A stretch of DNA of 64,000 nt from Protoeuglena noctilucae (lineage: Eukaryota). The position numbers and the translations under genes are program-made. The notes under the pieces were generated by a model, which did not search any database, was not told where the DNA came from, and worked only from the letters and a program-made list of their open reading frames with translations. The stretch is taken from the NCBI GenBank assembly GCA_958009085.1, contig OY253674.1, positions 434,001 to 498,000 of the forward strand, written 5' to 3'. Below, one piece after another: positions 51,955 through 63,092 of the stretch (positions within the stretch are counted from its first letter, which is position 1; every line of letters begins with the position of its first letter).

Positions 51955-53202
51955 ATGGCCGACAAGACGGTGACCATCCGGACGAGGAAGTTCCTCACGA
52001 ACCGCCTGCTACAGCGCAAGCAGTTCGTCCTCGATGTCCTGCACCCTGGGCGCCCCAACGTGTCCAAGAAGGAGCTCAAGGAGCGCCTGCAGGTGCGCGG
52101 GGGGTGCCAGGGGCCGGCTGGGAGCTCCGAGCTCCGGGCGAGCGCAGTCATTGCGACCAGGACATGATTGGCGGGCTAGCCGGGGTGCCTGGGGCGCTGG
52201 GAGCGTCGGCAGAGTCAGGGCCGGCCGGAGCGGACCCCTGCGCGCGCCTGGGCCCGCGTCCTCGCGGCAGCGCGTGCTATTGCTTCCCATCCGCCGATTC
52301 GGGGATGTGGCTTCCCTCCTCCATGCCCTGGCGGGCCTGGGCGCCGGGTTGGGGAGCGCTTTCGCGTCGCGTGGGCGCACCCGGGCGCTGCCTCTCCCGC
52401 CGATGCCGTTTTCCGTCGAAGGGGTTTGCGACATGGGTCTGGGCGCGGGCCTGGATCCCACGCGCTCGCCCACGAGCTGCGTGACGGCTCGGGACCCGTG
52501 CGGCCCCGTCAAGAGGCCGACGCCCCAGTGCCTCGCGGTGGCCGTTGCAGAGATGTGCTCGCCCCTCGTGTCCCAGCCGGGGGGCGGCGGCGGTGCGCTG
52601 GCGCCTCGCAGTGGGTCCCAGCGCCGGCCTGCCGTGCGCCAGCCCTCGTGTGGCCCGGGGGGCTGATGCGGACGCTGGCGCGCGCTCCTGATGTTAGTTT
52701 CTAGCCTCCTCCATCCTTGCGCAGCGTGTGCGACCGCTCCGCGCGCTCCCCGGCCCGCAGAAGATGTACGACGTCAAGGACCTGAACCAGATCATGGTTT
52801 TCGGCATGCGCACGGCGTTCGGTGGGGGCAAGTCGACCGGGTTCGGCCTCATCTACGACACGGTCAAGTCGTTCAAGGACTTCGAGCCCAAGTACCGCCA
52901 GGCTCGCCAGGTGCCCGCACGGCGCGCTGCCTGAATAACAGAGGAGGCGCCGCCTCGCTTGGCTGTCTGTGGTATTTGTGGCTTCTCGTTAGGACAAGGG
53001 CGTTGCGTGGTCACTTGGCACTCCGCATTCGGGGCGGGGCGGCGGGCGTGCTGGATGTGCGCGGCCCGCCCTCACGTGCGGCCCTTTCTCCGTCTCGCAG
53101 GGGCTGCTCAAGATCGACAAGAAGTCCCGGAAGCAGCTTAAGGAGAGGAAGAACAAGGACAAGTCGAAGCGGGGCACGGGCAACAAGAAGAAGTCTGGTT
53201 AA
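51955..53202 (+). CDS. RPS24: 40S ribosomal protein S24 (eS24), 3 exons
   Basis: Motifs: [39 protein letters not shown] and [10 protein letters not shown]. Confidence 0.97.
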
Positions 53203-53459
53203 ACGTGACGAGGGTGAGGGCTGAGTGCGCCACCGTGCGCCAGCAGTTGGATTCGAACCTTGCTCTGCCTTCCCTGGAGAGTTCAAGGCAGCGGCGCGAC
53301 CGTCCCTGCGCCCGCCCGCTCGCAGTCGAGGGCGGCACGCAGCGTGCGGGGGCCGAGCCGATGCCTTGTCGTGAGTGGGGCGCTGCACCCTGGTCGCACT
53401 GCGTTTGGCCGCTCTACCTCGGGGGCATTGAAAGTGTGCGGAGGACGCGAGCAGCGCAG

Positions 53460-56400
53460 CTAGCGCGGCGGGGAGGCGGGGCCCGTGTCGATGGCCGCGT
53501 GCGGGTCGACAGGCGCCAGAGCGCTCGAGGGCTGGAAGAGCGGCTTGCGTGCTTTGGCTACTGCCGCGGCCGGCGCGCGCTCCGCCCTCGTCCCTACACC
53601 CACCGATGGCCCCGGCTCCGGCGCTGCATACCATGACGAGGCCTCTTGGGCGATGACACGTGCCCGGGCCTTGCGCCTCTTCCGCGCCACCGCCACTGCG
53701 CCCGCAGCCACCACAATGCCGCAGAGAGACGCCGCCGCCGCGACGCCGGGGATCCAATCACGACTGCTGTGGGACCCCGGCTGCCCTCCCGGGTCCGCCA
53801 CAGCTGCCGGCTGAAGCGTGCCTGGGGACACGCTGCCAGTGCCGTCCGTGGGCCCCGGCGTGGATGGGGTGGGTCTCGGTAGCATGGCGGACCTGCAGTC
53901 GACGTGTGCAGGGCCAATGCTTACAATGTCAACGCGGCGTGGGCGTGGGTGAAGGCCGCGCTGGTGTGGGCCATGCTTGCCTGATGTCGTGAGCCGCAGA
54001 CACCGCCATCGAGAGTGCCTGGGAGCCATCGCTCGTCGGGACGGTCCCGGTGATGACCCCTTCCATAAGCGTCACTGCAACTCACACCAGTGGCACCGAC
54101 ATTATGCATCCGTTCAGCTTCTCTCACACAACTGCGAGCAAGCACGCAAGCAACCAGCAGCACCTCACCCAAGGCAATGTCCCCGGCATCCACAGCGGCC
54201 TGGACGAGGGAGGCCACGGACTCGGGGACGGTGGCAATCGCCAGCACTGTGCCGCCGGCCTGCATTGCCTTCGTGAGCGCGGCGTGGGCGGCGTGTGTCG
54301 CTTGGCGGACGCGGCGGCTGCTGGCCTCAGAAGCTCGCTGGGCAGCGGGCGCCTGCAACGCGCGCGCGGCCAGAGCGGCCCGCCGCGTTCCCCCACCCAC
54401 GGGCGCAGCCCCGGCGAGGGGTGGCACCGTCACAGCACTCGATGGGCCGGGGGGACTCATGGGTGGTGGGGTGGCCGGGGGTTGCGTCGGGGGCGTGGCT
54501 GGCTGCGGGGCAGCTGCCGGGGACGATGGCGAGGCTGGTTGGGTGGTAGAGGCGGCCCATGTGCCGGCAGGAAAGCTGCCTGGCGGCAGTTGGATGGTGG
54601 CGATGGAAGCTCCGTCCACAGGCACGGCCACGACGTGCGGTAACGCCAGCGCCAGTCCCAGGTAAGCCCCCGCGGGGTGAGGGCCGCAGGAGGTGGCCCC
54701 TGTCCCCGCCCCGCCCCACCATGGCCACAGATTAACGCCCGCGATGGCGGCGAGGGTGTCCGACGACACCCACGAAGGCACGGGCCTGTCGGATGCGATG
54801 GTCTCGACGAGGAACATGGCCGAGGGGTCTATGACGGGCGCGAGAGCTCCTGGGACCCGCACGAGCGTGCCTAGGACTTGGGCTGTCGACCCGACGGGCG
54901 GGAGGAAGCCGTCTGACGAGGCGAGGGGCCCTGCCAGGTCACAGGGGAGGGCGACGGCGATGCCACTGCCCGGCGCGGCGGAGTCTTGCAGGAAGACGGT
55001 GAACCCCGTCTGGGGCTGGCCCGAGGGTCCCTGGCACGTGTCGTCAAGAACGGCCACGGCCGCCGTCACCGTTCCCACTACGGCCACGGGGGTGCCCACG
55101 CGGGGGTTGTCGGTGGGGCACGCGTTTGACTTGAGGGCCATGCCCGTGGCGGCGGATGGGGGCGCTTGCGATGGGGTGGGGGCGCCCGGGGTGCTGGCGG
55201 GGGACGGTGTGCCGGCGCCACCGCTTTGGGTGCTGGGCGCCTTGGCGTTTGCGGACGTGTAGGTCTGCACCTCGTCGGTGGACCAGCTCGCGGGCACTGC
55301 CGCTAACGTCAGCGACGAGATGCGGTCGATGGGACCCAGGTAAGCCAGCGAGGCCTGCGGGGGCGAGAATGTTATAGCCCTTGCGCACGCAGGCTTTCCT
55401 GTCGCCACTGGCAGTAGCGGTATGCTACCCAGGTCTCACCGAGTCGGCTTCGTTGACGATGGGGGCCGAGACGGGCTCGAGGTCAATGATGGAGAGGGCG
55501 TTGGTCCACGCTTGCTGCCATTTGGAGATCAACAGGGAGAGGAGCTGGTTGGTGGCACCCCGCAGGACCCACGACCCCGTCTGCCAGTCAATGACACCCG
55601 CAGACGTCGTCCCATCGGTCGCGTTCACCCTGCGCCATATAAGAGCCGTGGGAGGGCACGCGTGGGTGACCCGGCAAATGATGTACGCAGAGACGGAACA
55701 AGCTCAGCAAGCGTCAGCCCTTCACCTGACAAGGGCGCCCTGGAGTTCGTAGGTCGACGTGCCGTACGCGGCTGCCCGCTTCTGGCACGCCACGCCGGCC
55801 CCCATGATGTCCTGCGGCACGTCGTCCAGGATCCCTGGCTCGGGCAGGGACCAGCTGAGGTGCGGGACGATCGTCGCGTTGCGCACCCCACACATGTACG
55901 CCCCATAGTCTCCCGTGAAGGTGTAGTTGCCAGAGACCGTGATGGCCGACCCAATCAGCGCGCCTAGACCCTCCAATGGCCCCACGCCCAGGCTCCCCTG
56001 CACAACGCCCTGGGCATCCACGCACACCTTGACCGCTGACCGCGGCCCCGTGCCGTCCTGGACAAACAGCCAGCCTCGGATGTTCTGCGGGTGCGGCGTG
56101 CAAGCCCTTGCATCTTGTAACCTCTCACGCAGATTGCTGGGATCGCACAGTCACACTGCTACTCGCTGGGCCGGCCTACCGGGTCTGAATTCTCCACAGC
56201 TGCCGAGGTGATGACTCCGGCCACAGCGACGGGCCCCAGGATGGAGGGCGGCACGGGGGAGCACATGGGCGTCGTGTCGGGGCCGAAGAGGTCTGCGATG
56301 CGGACCATTGGGACCGGCGGCACGATGGGCTGGCACCCCGGCTGCGCCACGCACGGTGTCCCTGGTTGCACCATCTGGTGGCACCCCAGGCTGCTCAGCT

Positions 56401-57296
56401 GGCCGCCGTAGTACGTAACCCACTGGTACTTGGGTGGGTACCATGACCCACCCTCGCCCACCGGCATCTGCACGCAGCAGGCATGCGGCTGGGCTTTGAT
56501 GGCAGACGGCGACAGCAAATGGGCGGGTGTCAAGCCTTCTCGCTGCAAGGCACCGAGACTGGATGGCCCAAGGCGTCGCGGCAGGCTCACCTGGGGCCAG
56601 TTGACCGACCCACACGTGACGGTGGAGGCCCGTTTGAGGGTCCAGTCGAGCTTGGGCAGCATGTCCTGCACGCGCTGTCCCCCCAGGAGATCGACCATGA
56701 CGCCGTCCACGAACAGCGCGAACGACCGAAGAGGCGACTTCCCTACGTCGCTGAGGAGGTCGGTCCGGGCGTCGCACGGGTCGAGGGAGGGGGGCGGGGA
56801 CGTGCCGCCGTCCTGGGGCTGCGAGCAGACCTTGTAGGCGCCCCCGGGTGGGAGTGTCCCTGTCAGGAGGTGCGCTGGCGCGGCTGCCCATCCCTCCACG
56901 GCGTCCACCGGCTCCAGGCGCCGTATCTGGGCGCGGCTGAGGTCGAACGCCGTGCATTCCGGGTTGAAGAGCTCGAGCGCGGTAATCTGATCGCTGTCCA
57001 CGAAGCCGCTGATGAGCGGGCTCGGCGGGCTCGGAGCCTGCGGTCGCGGGGCGGTCAGCGGCCGCGTCCGGGTCCCTTGCCCGAGTGCCCCTGCCAACGG
57101 TCCGCCGTCCAGGGCGGGCGAACGGCCACGCATGACCGCTGCATGCTCTAGTTTATGCAGCTTAGTTGTGGAGCGCCAACGTCCAGCGTTGGCGCGCGCG
57201 GCCGTTCACCTGTGCCAGGACACACGCCAAGGCACCCCAGGCGAGCAAGGCTGCCGCGAGGGCCGCTCCCCGGCCTCGTCTCACAGGGCGGCCCAT
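53460..57296 (-). CDS. Predicted type I membrane protein: signal peptide, lamin-tail-like domain, two OB-fold-like modules, Pro-rich stalk, TM
   Basis: Signal exon MGRPVRRGRGAALAAALLAWGALACVLAQ; LTD-like ALELFNP...FDLS...LTGTLPPG...FALFVDGVMVDLLG...TLKR; OB-like VAGVIT...LFVQDGTGP and VVGTVTA...FLQDS; TM GVAAAASLCGIVVAAGAVAV followed by RKRR. Confidence 0.6.
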
Positions 57297-57571
57297 GTCA
57301 ACTCATGTTGAAGTCCCCGCGGCTGCTGGTGGCCTAGATTATCGCAGAAACGCTCGCCAGTGTTCTGGATCGTGCGACGAGGTGTGGGCTGCGCTCGCCC
57401 CTCTGCGCAAAGCTATGGATCACAATTGGCCCCTGGAATGCTTACGAGGTCCTCGCCAGGGCCTGTTTTGGCACCTCGGGGATTCCGAGCCTGTCGTTTG
57501 GACTTCCCGGTCCAAAGTTGGAGCGCGGGCTCGACGAAATCGCTTCACACTTCATCCACAGGTTTTCGACC

Positions 57572-59090
57572 ATGACTTTGACTGCGGACCAGATTAGGAG
57601 GTGCAACCTCATCGAGGTTTTGCAGGACGACGCTCCCGGAGTGCCCGAGCCCCCGGAGAGCGCGGTGCTCGACTGGACGGAAGATGACATTCGGAAGTAC
57701 TTTGCTAGGTGAGAGCTTGCCACGGAGAGCTCTGCAGAATGCCCTGTACGCCCCTGGAGCGTGAGGATCCTGCCCGCCCTCACCCGCAGCAACGGGCAAG
57801 TGGTCCCCGGCCCCAAGCGCCAAGCCCCGGCCCCGGTCCCCCAGGAGGAATTCGACCGCTGGTTCCCATCCATGCAGCGCAGTGGCACAAAGGTCCGGTG
57901 CAGCAGCAGGGCGCTCGGTGTTTTGCCGTGACGCTTCGTCAGCCGGGCCCGAGCGCATATCCCGCCCCTCACTTGCAGGTGCCTGACGGGAAGCCCGCCA
58001 TGAGGCTCCTGTGTCTGTGCAGCAGCGGCAACTCGGAGGACATGTTCTCGTCCGAGGGTACCGGCACACGCCGAGCGCCCTCGCCCCTGTTGGAGTGGTG
58101 CCGTGCGAACCGAGTCGAGATGATGGTGGGGCCATCGCATGCGTCATTGCGCCAGCTGCACCGCAGCAGAGACCGGGAGGGCAACAGCGGTGCGCCGCCC
58201 TGCACGCAGGCGGTGCAGTACCCCGGCCGTGCCAATCGCTCCCGGGACCCCACCATTCCCAGCGCCACTGACATGGCGAGGGAGATACTGCGCGTGGGGG
58301 GATCTAAGCTGGCAGAGGTGCCCTGGGCTGTCCTGGGCCACAGCGTGGGGTGCCTTGTAGCGTACGAGATCATCCGGCTGGCGCCAAGCATCGGCGTGCC
58401 TCTCCCAGTCACCGCTGTCATGGCCGCCTTCATTGCCCCTGACACCGGTGACTCAGCCGCGGCTGCTTACAGACACTGACAACCCTCCAGGGGGTGCTGG
58501 ACTGCGATTTCGTGCTCTTGCTCCTCACAGACGAGGCCCGGCGGCCCTGGAGGAGAAACCGGGGGCTGAGCGAGGGGGACTTCCAAAGCGAAGTCCGCGC
58601 ATGGGGAGCTAATGAGGTGACGGCCATTAGCCAGCTGGGGCTGTGGCTGTCATGACTTTTGCGTGCGCAAATGTGCTAAGGACGCCCCTCCGCACCCGCA
58701 GGCTGTCTTCTCCGACGCCTTCTGGCCCATGTACCACAAGATCCTGCGCAGCGACTACACGATGTTCGACGAGTACGTCTACGCTGCCCAGGACACGCGT
58801 GCACCCGTGCGGCTGGTCGCGCAGTGGGCCACGGAGGACACCCGCATCACGAAGGACCTGGTCGAGGGTGAGTGCGGTCGCTGTGAGTGGATAAGCACGC
58901 TTTCGGGTCCCAGCGACAGGTGCAGGTCTGAGAGAGGGTGAATGCGCGTGCAGGGTGGGAGCGTGAGACGGCGGGGGAGTTTGTGCTCGAGTCCGTCGAG
59001 GGCCCTCACATGTTCCCGCTTGACAAGGACCTCAAGAGAGCGTGGTTGGAGAAAGTTGTGGGCCACCTGCGCGTGACGCTGAAGACCTGA
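57572..59090 (+). CDS. Type II thioesterase (GrsT/SrfAD-like alpha/beta hydrolase)
   Basis: Motifs: AVQYPGR, nucleophile elbow LGHSVG, LRSDYTMFDEY and catalytic GPHMF. Confidence 0.85.
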
Positions 59091-59221
59091 GCGCCTGTGG
59101 CGGCCCTAGCTGGGCGACCTGGGGTCGCGTGGGTAGGGTTCAAGCGGCGCCTACGTGCTATGCGAACCGACACGTGGCAGCTTCCGCCTCGCTATCTGCA
59201 AATCCTTACAAAGCCCCTCTT

Positions 59222-59836
59222 TTACCACACGACCTGCACGGCCTTGCATTTTTGCTCGAGGTCGGCGTAGTCGGCATCGAAGTCCCGGTCCTCCTCGGCC
59301 TTGCCCTTGACGGGCTTGGGCAGCACCATCATGCAGCTCGTGGGGCGCTTCGTGAGCCCCGCGGCCCCGAGGTCCTCCTTGCTCGGCACGAACACGTACG
59401 GCACGTCCCGGTCCTCGCACATAACGGGAAGGTGCGAGATGACGTCCAGCGGCGAGATGTTCCCGGCGATAAGGCATATGCCCTTGGTGTCCTTCCGCAG
59501 CGCTTTCACGACCTCCTTGACGCCGCGCTTAATCTGCTTCTTCTTGGCCGCCTTCTTGGCCAGCTTCAGGAGCTTCTTGCAGAGCTTCTCGTCCGCGAGA
59601 GGCTTGGCGATCTTCACCAGGTTCCCGACAGGAACGACTGCGAGGGAGTCCGGGCACGTCCGCTCGGCGAGGCGCGCAGCGGAAGCGTTTTGGGTAAAGA
59701 GAATGCCACGCGGCCAGCGCTGACCTGTTGGGGCATGGCCGTCGTCCTCCGCGGGCGTCTTCGGCTCCTTGGGAGTCTTGGGCGTCTTGGGGGTCTTCTC
59801 ACCCTTCTCCCGCTTCTCCTTCTTCTCCTTGGTCAT
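59222..59836 (-). CDS. NHP2: H/ACA snoRNP subunit NHP2 (L7Ae family)
   Basis: Motifs: IAKPLA, IKRGVKEVVKALRK, AGNISPLDVISHLPVMCE and DLGAAGLTKRPTS. Confidence 0.95.
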   Translation of the reverse strand: MTKEKKEKREKGEKTPKTPKTPKEPKTPAEDDGHAPTGQRWPRGILFTQNASAARLAERTCPDSLAVVPVGNLVKIAKPLADEKLCKKLLKLAKKAAKKKQIKRGVKEVVKALRKDTKGICLIAGNISPLDVISHLPVMCEDRDVPYVFVPSKEDLGAAGLTKRPTSCMMVLPKPVKGKAEEDRDFDADYADLEQKCKAVQVVW

Positions 59837-60408
59837 CCTGCGCGCGCAGCCAGCCACCGTGGCTCGAGCGCGCCGGCGGCGGCGCCGCGCGCCACAGCAT
59901 CGCGTGCGATGGAATCCAACCGCAAGACCTACTTGACCGAAAGGAGGGAACGTGCCTCCCGTCCGCCTGGCGCCGCCCTGTGTGCTCTCCAACCTAGTGA
60001 TGTGGCGTACCGGCCTGAGTTTCCGCGACTTGGAGCTGCGACAGCGCGGTCTTGACTGGGTTGCAAAGTTGTGGGAATTCGGCAGGCACACTCGGCTGCG
60101 GACGGCTGGAGAGCCCACCGTGTCATGACACTGCTCTGCCTGGCAGCTGATGTTCGCTTCTTTGACGATTGGAGCTGTCTACACGCCCACGTTACCTTGT
60201 CGTACGGAAGGCGTGGCGGAATGGCCGTAGACGAGGCGCGTGACGCGGTCCAAGGCGAGTGTAACTGTAGCAGGGTCTCGCCCCCTTTACGGACGCTCCC
60301 CCTCCTCCAGCCTCCCGTCCCTCGGGAAGGCTCCAGGGGCTTGACAAGCTCCGTAAGTACTAGCTCTAAGCAGGACCCAACCTGCCGCTGGGCCCGCCTA
60401 CGCAGGAG

Positions 60409-61512
60409 ATGGGCGCTTCTGGTTCAAGGGTGCCGTACCCGACGACCCAGAGCGTCAGCAGTTCCCCATCGGTGTCGATGGTTCGCTCACGTTCTCGCAA
60501 GCCATCATGATTCTCCAGCGCACCATGACCGAGGCCGGCACCGTCGGGTACGCCCCTACTGTCTCAGAGAGCTACGCGCTGGGCACCGTGTTCGAGAAGG
60601 AGCGCCGCAGGGTGCGCCAATGGGCCATCTCAGCCATGGCAGGGGGGCTGGCGGGGACGTGGATGGCGCGACGGAGGGGCCTCATGGTTGGGTGGGCGCG
60701 GGGTGTGCTCGGGAGCACGTTTCTGGCAGTCTCCTGCGGGTACGTGATCGCCATGAGCAGCGTGAAGGAGGTGGCGCGGGTGGCCTGCGCGCTCGACACT
60801 CCGACGGGCGCAGAGGCGCGGCACTGGAGCCAGGTGGCCAAGACTGGTCTCACGTTCTCGGTGGCGCCGTACCATCGCGAGCTATTCGAGTCCATCCCCA
60901 GGCTGGCGTCCGCCGCCAAGCTGGAGCAGGAGGCGGAAGAGGCGAGGCTCATTCGCGAGGCGGAGGCTACCGGGGACGCGACACGGCTCAGGTGGGCGGG
61001 CGGGGTGGCCCACTTCCATCGCTCGCCATGCACCTGTTCGCGGTTCATGCCGCGTGCCGAGCAGAGCTCCCCTAGCCCTGCTATGTGCAAACAGCAAGAG
61101 CAAAGTGCGACAGTTGGCACCTGAAGCGAAGTTTTCCGCGCATTGCAGGGCGTTTAGGGAGTGGAAGTGGGCCCAGCACGCGCGGGATATGACGTTGCGC
61201 GCGAGGGAGGCCAAGCTGCCGGGGCAATCATCCGACAGTGGGGATGGGTCGGGGACGACGACGGCAGTGGCGCCCCTCCCTGCTCCCTCGGGCGGCGATG
61301 AGGCCGGGCGGGGTTGGGAGCAGGATGAGAGCGTGGGTGGCGAAGGGTCCCGGGACGGGAACGGGTGGGGGGACGGCCCGAGATGGGATGAGAGGCGTGG
61401 TGGGGACGGAGGCGGTGGTGGGGAGATGGTGTGGGACGACCTGATGGGATCCTCAGATGGGCCGGAGGGCGATGCGCGGCCCAGGAATGGCGAGGGCGGG
61501 CCACACGGGTGA
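60409..61512 (+). CDS. Hypothetical membrane protein (two hydrophobic segments, Gly/Trp-rich acidic tail); start uncertain
   Basis: The coding-like ORF at 60507-60990 has two hydrophobic stretches and splices (AG|GTGGGC...TGCAG|G) to an exon ending at 61512. Confidence 0.5.
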
Positions 61513-61937
61513 GCTGAGATGGACGTGAAGCTGGGGTGGGACTGTGATACGGTGCGTGTGATTGGAGAGGGACGATCCCATTGGAGTTGCCCCAGTTGCT
61601 GGTCTTTTGGCGCCGTGCAGGAGGCGGGGTGGGCGCGGGCGGCGGAGGCGTGATGCCCCAGGGAACGCGGAGGACGGGCGCGTCGGGTCACGCGGGGCTG
61701 AAGATGACTGATGACAAAAGCACGCGTTGGCACAGAGAAGGGGGCTGCATTGCGGGGAGACGCACAGCGCGTTTGCCGCGGTAGGCTGGCTGTGTATCCG
61801 TTTCTGGCCTGGTGGCGTGTAGCTCCGGCGTGTATTAAACGGTTTATTGTTGACGCCCAGTGTCGCTGCCACCTTGCACGGAGCCCTGACACTGGCCGGG
61901 CCAGTCCCCTCGATGAGGCCCAAACCTGTATGGACCT

Positions 61938-62561
61938 TTAGACCTTGTTGTTGGTCACCTTCCCGGCCTTCTCTGTGACCTTCGACGTCTTGTCGACCCC
62001 CTTCCGCGCCACGTCGTTCATCGTCTGCAGCGCCGGCGGCTCCGTAACACCGCTCCCTGCGCGGGAAGGCACGAGCGCCGCTTGACGGGGCTACGGGAGC
62101 TCCTCCAGACTTTCATCTCTGCAAAACACCGTCACTGCGTCCTCACCCGAGCACGGCGTCGCGGCCCCGACTTGGTTGCTGAGCTGGATCATAGCACAGC
62201 AGGGGCAGAACATTAACGCGAGGATGTCGATGCATGTGTTTCCCGCGATGCCGTACTTGGCGCGCGTCTTGGCCCGCATGCGGATGACGTAGCAGCAAGT
62301 CGTCATGGAGCACGCGCTCAGGCAGCAAGGCACGAGCTGGGTAGAGCAGGTCGTCCCATCAATCTTGGCGAACGTGTGAAGCCCCTGCACGATGTTGACG
62401 TACGGCAAGGACCACGCCAAGCAGATGCCGATGTCCGCGCAGCACCAGAACAGGCTGTGCTTCCACGCGCCCCCTGCGATAAGGGGCGGGGGCGGGCAGC
62501 GCTAACCTATCGCCACCTTTGAACGGCGATGAAAGCTTATCGAAGCCACCTTGCGACGCAT
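61938..62561 (-). CDS. PLAC8-family cysteine-rich protein
   Basis: Motifs: WKHSLFWCCADIGIC, RAKTRAKYGIAG and FCPCCAMIQ. Confidence 0.88.
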
Positions 62562-62931
62562 CAGGAACAGCGATCGCGCTAAAATGATGTATATCACGCG
62601 CTGAGAGTAACATCAAGCCGCTGGTCGCTCCGCGTGAAACGCGAGGGGTGAGATTCAGTTCAGCGCACAGGGCTGCCCCGCCCGCAGCGCCAGGCACCTG
62701 TGGTGGTATGACACGGCTCCCGGCAGCACCCACGGCAGTTCTCGACCCAGACGTCGACGCCGCGGCTGGCGTCGAACGGCGTCTCGCAGAGATATTTGCT
62801 GCACGAAGGCGCCATGGCTGTTTATGCAACTCGACGGGGCGGTGGCCCTTTCTTAGCCTCCGTTTCCCCTGAGAGGTTCAAGAAACAGACATCTGGTCCG
62901 CTACAACGGATCCATGGCTAAAAAGGAGGTG

Positions 62932-62970
62932 AAAGGGGGGGTAAAAGGGGGGTAAGGGGGGGGTAAAGGG
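62932..62970 (+). repeat. Short degenerate (TA2-4 G3-8) G-tract repeat
   Basis: The intergenic sequence reads aaaggggggg taaaagggggg taagggggggg taaaggg. Confidence 0.7.
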
Positions 62971-63092
62971 TCAGGTAGGCCCCACCCTGCTCTGTCGGAA
63001 CCAAACGTGCGCCAGCACGCTTGAGTCATGCCATGAAACTCATCTGGTAAACCGATGGAACGGAGGAGCGCAGTCAGTCTAGCTACTACATG

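Noticed and set aside
52925..53030. snRNA in RPS24 intron 2 (Sm-site-like ATTTGTGG)
   Set aside because: No recognisable U1, U2, U4 or U5 sequence accompanies the short motif.
19545..57296. Bacterial contamination or a prokaryotic operon explaining the 3D, ViaA-like and LTD/OB genes
   Set aside because: Each gene has spliceosomal introns in the host's style, and they lie scattered among core eukaryotic genes.
62932..62970. Interstitial telomere
   Set aside because: There are only four irregular units, and they do not match TTTAGGG or TTAGGG.
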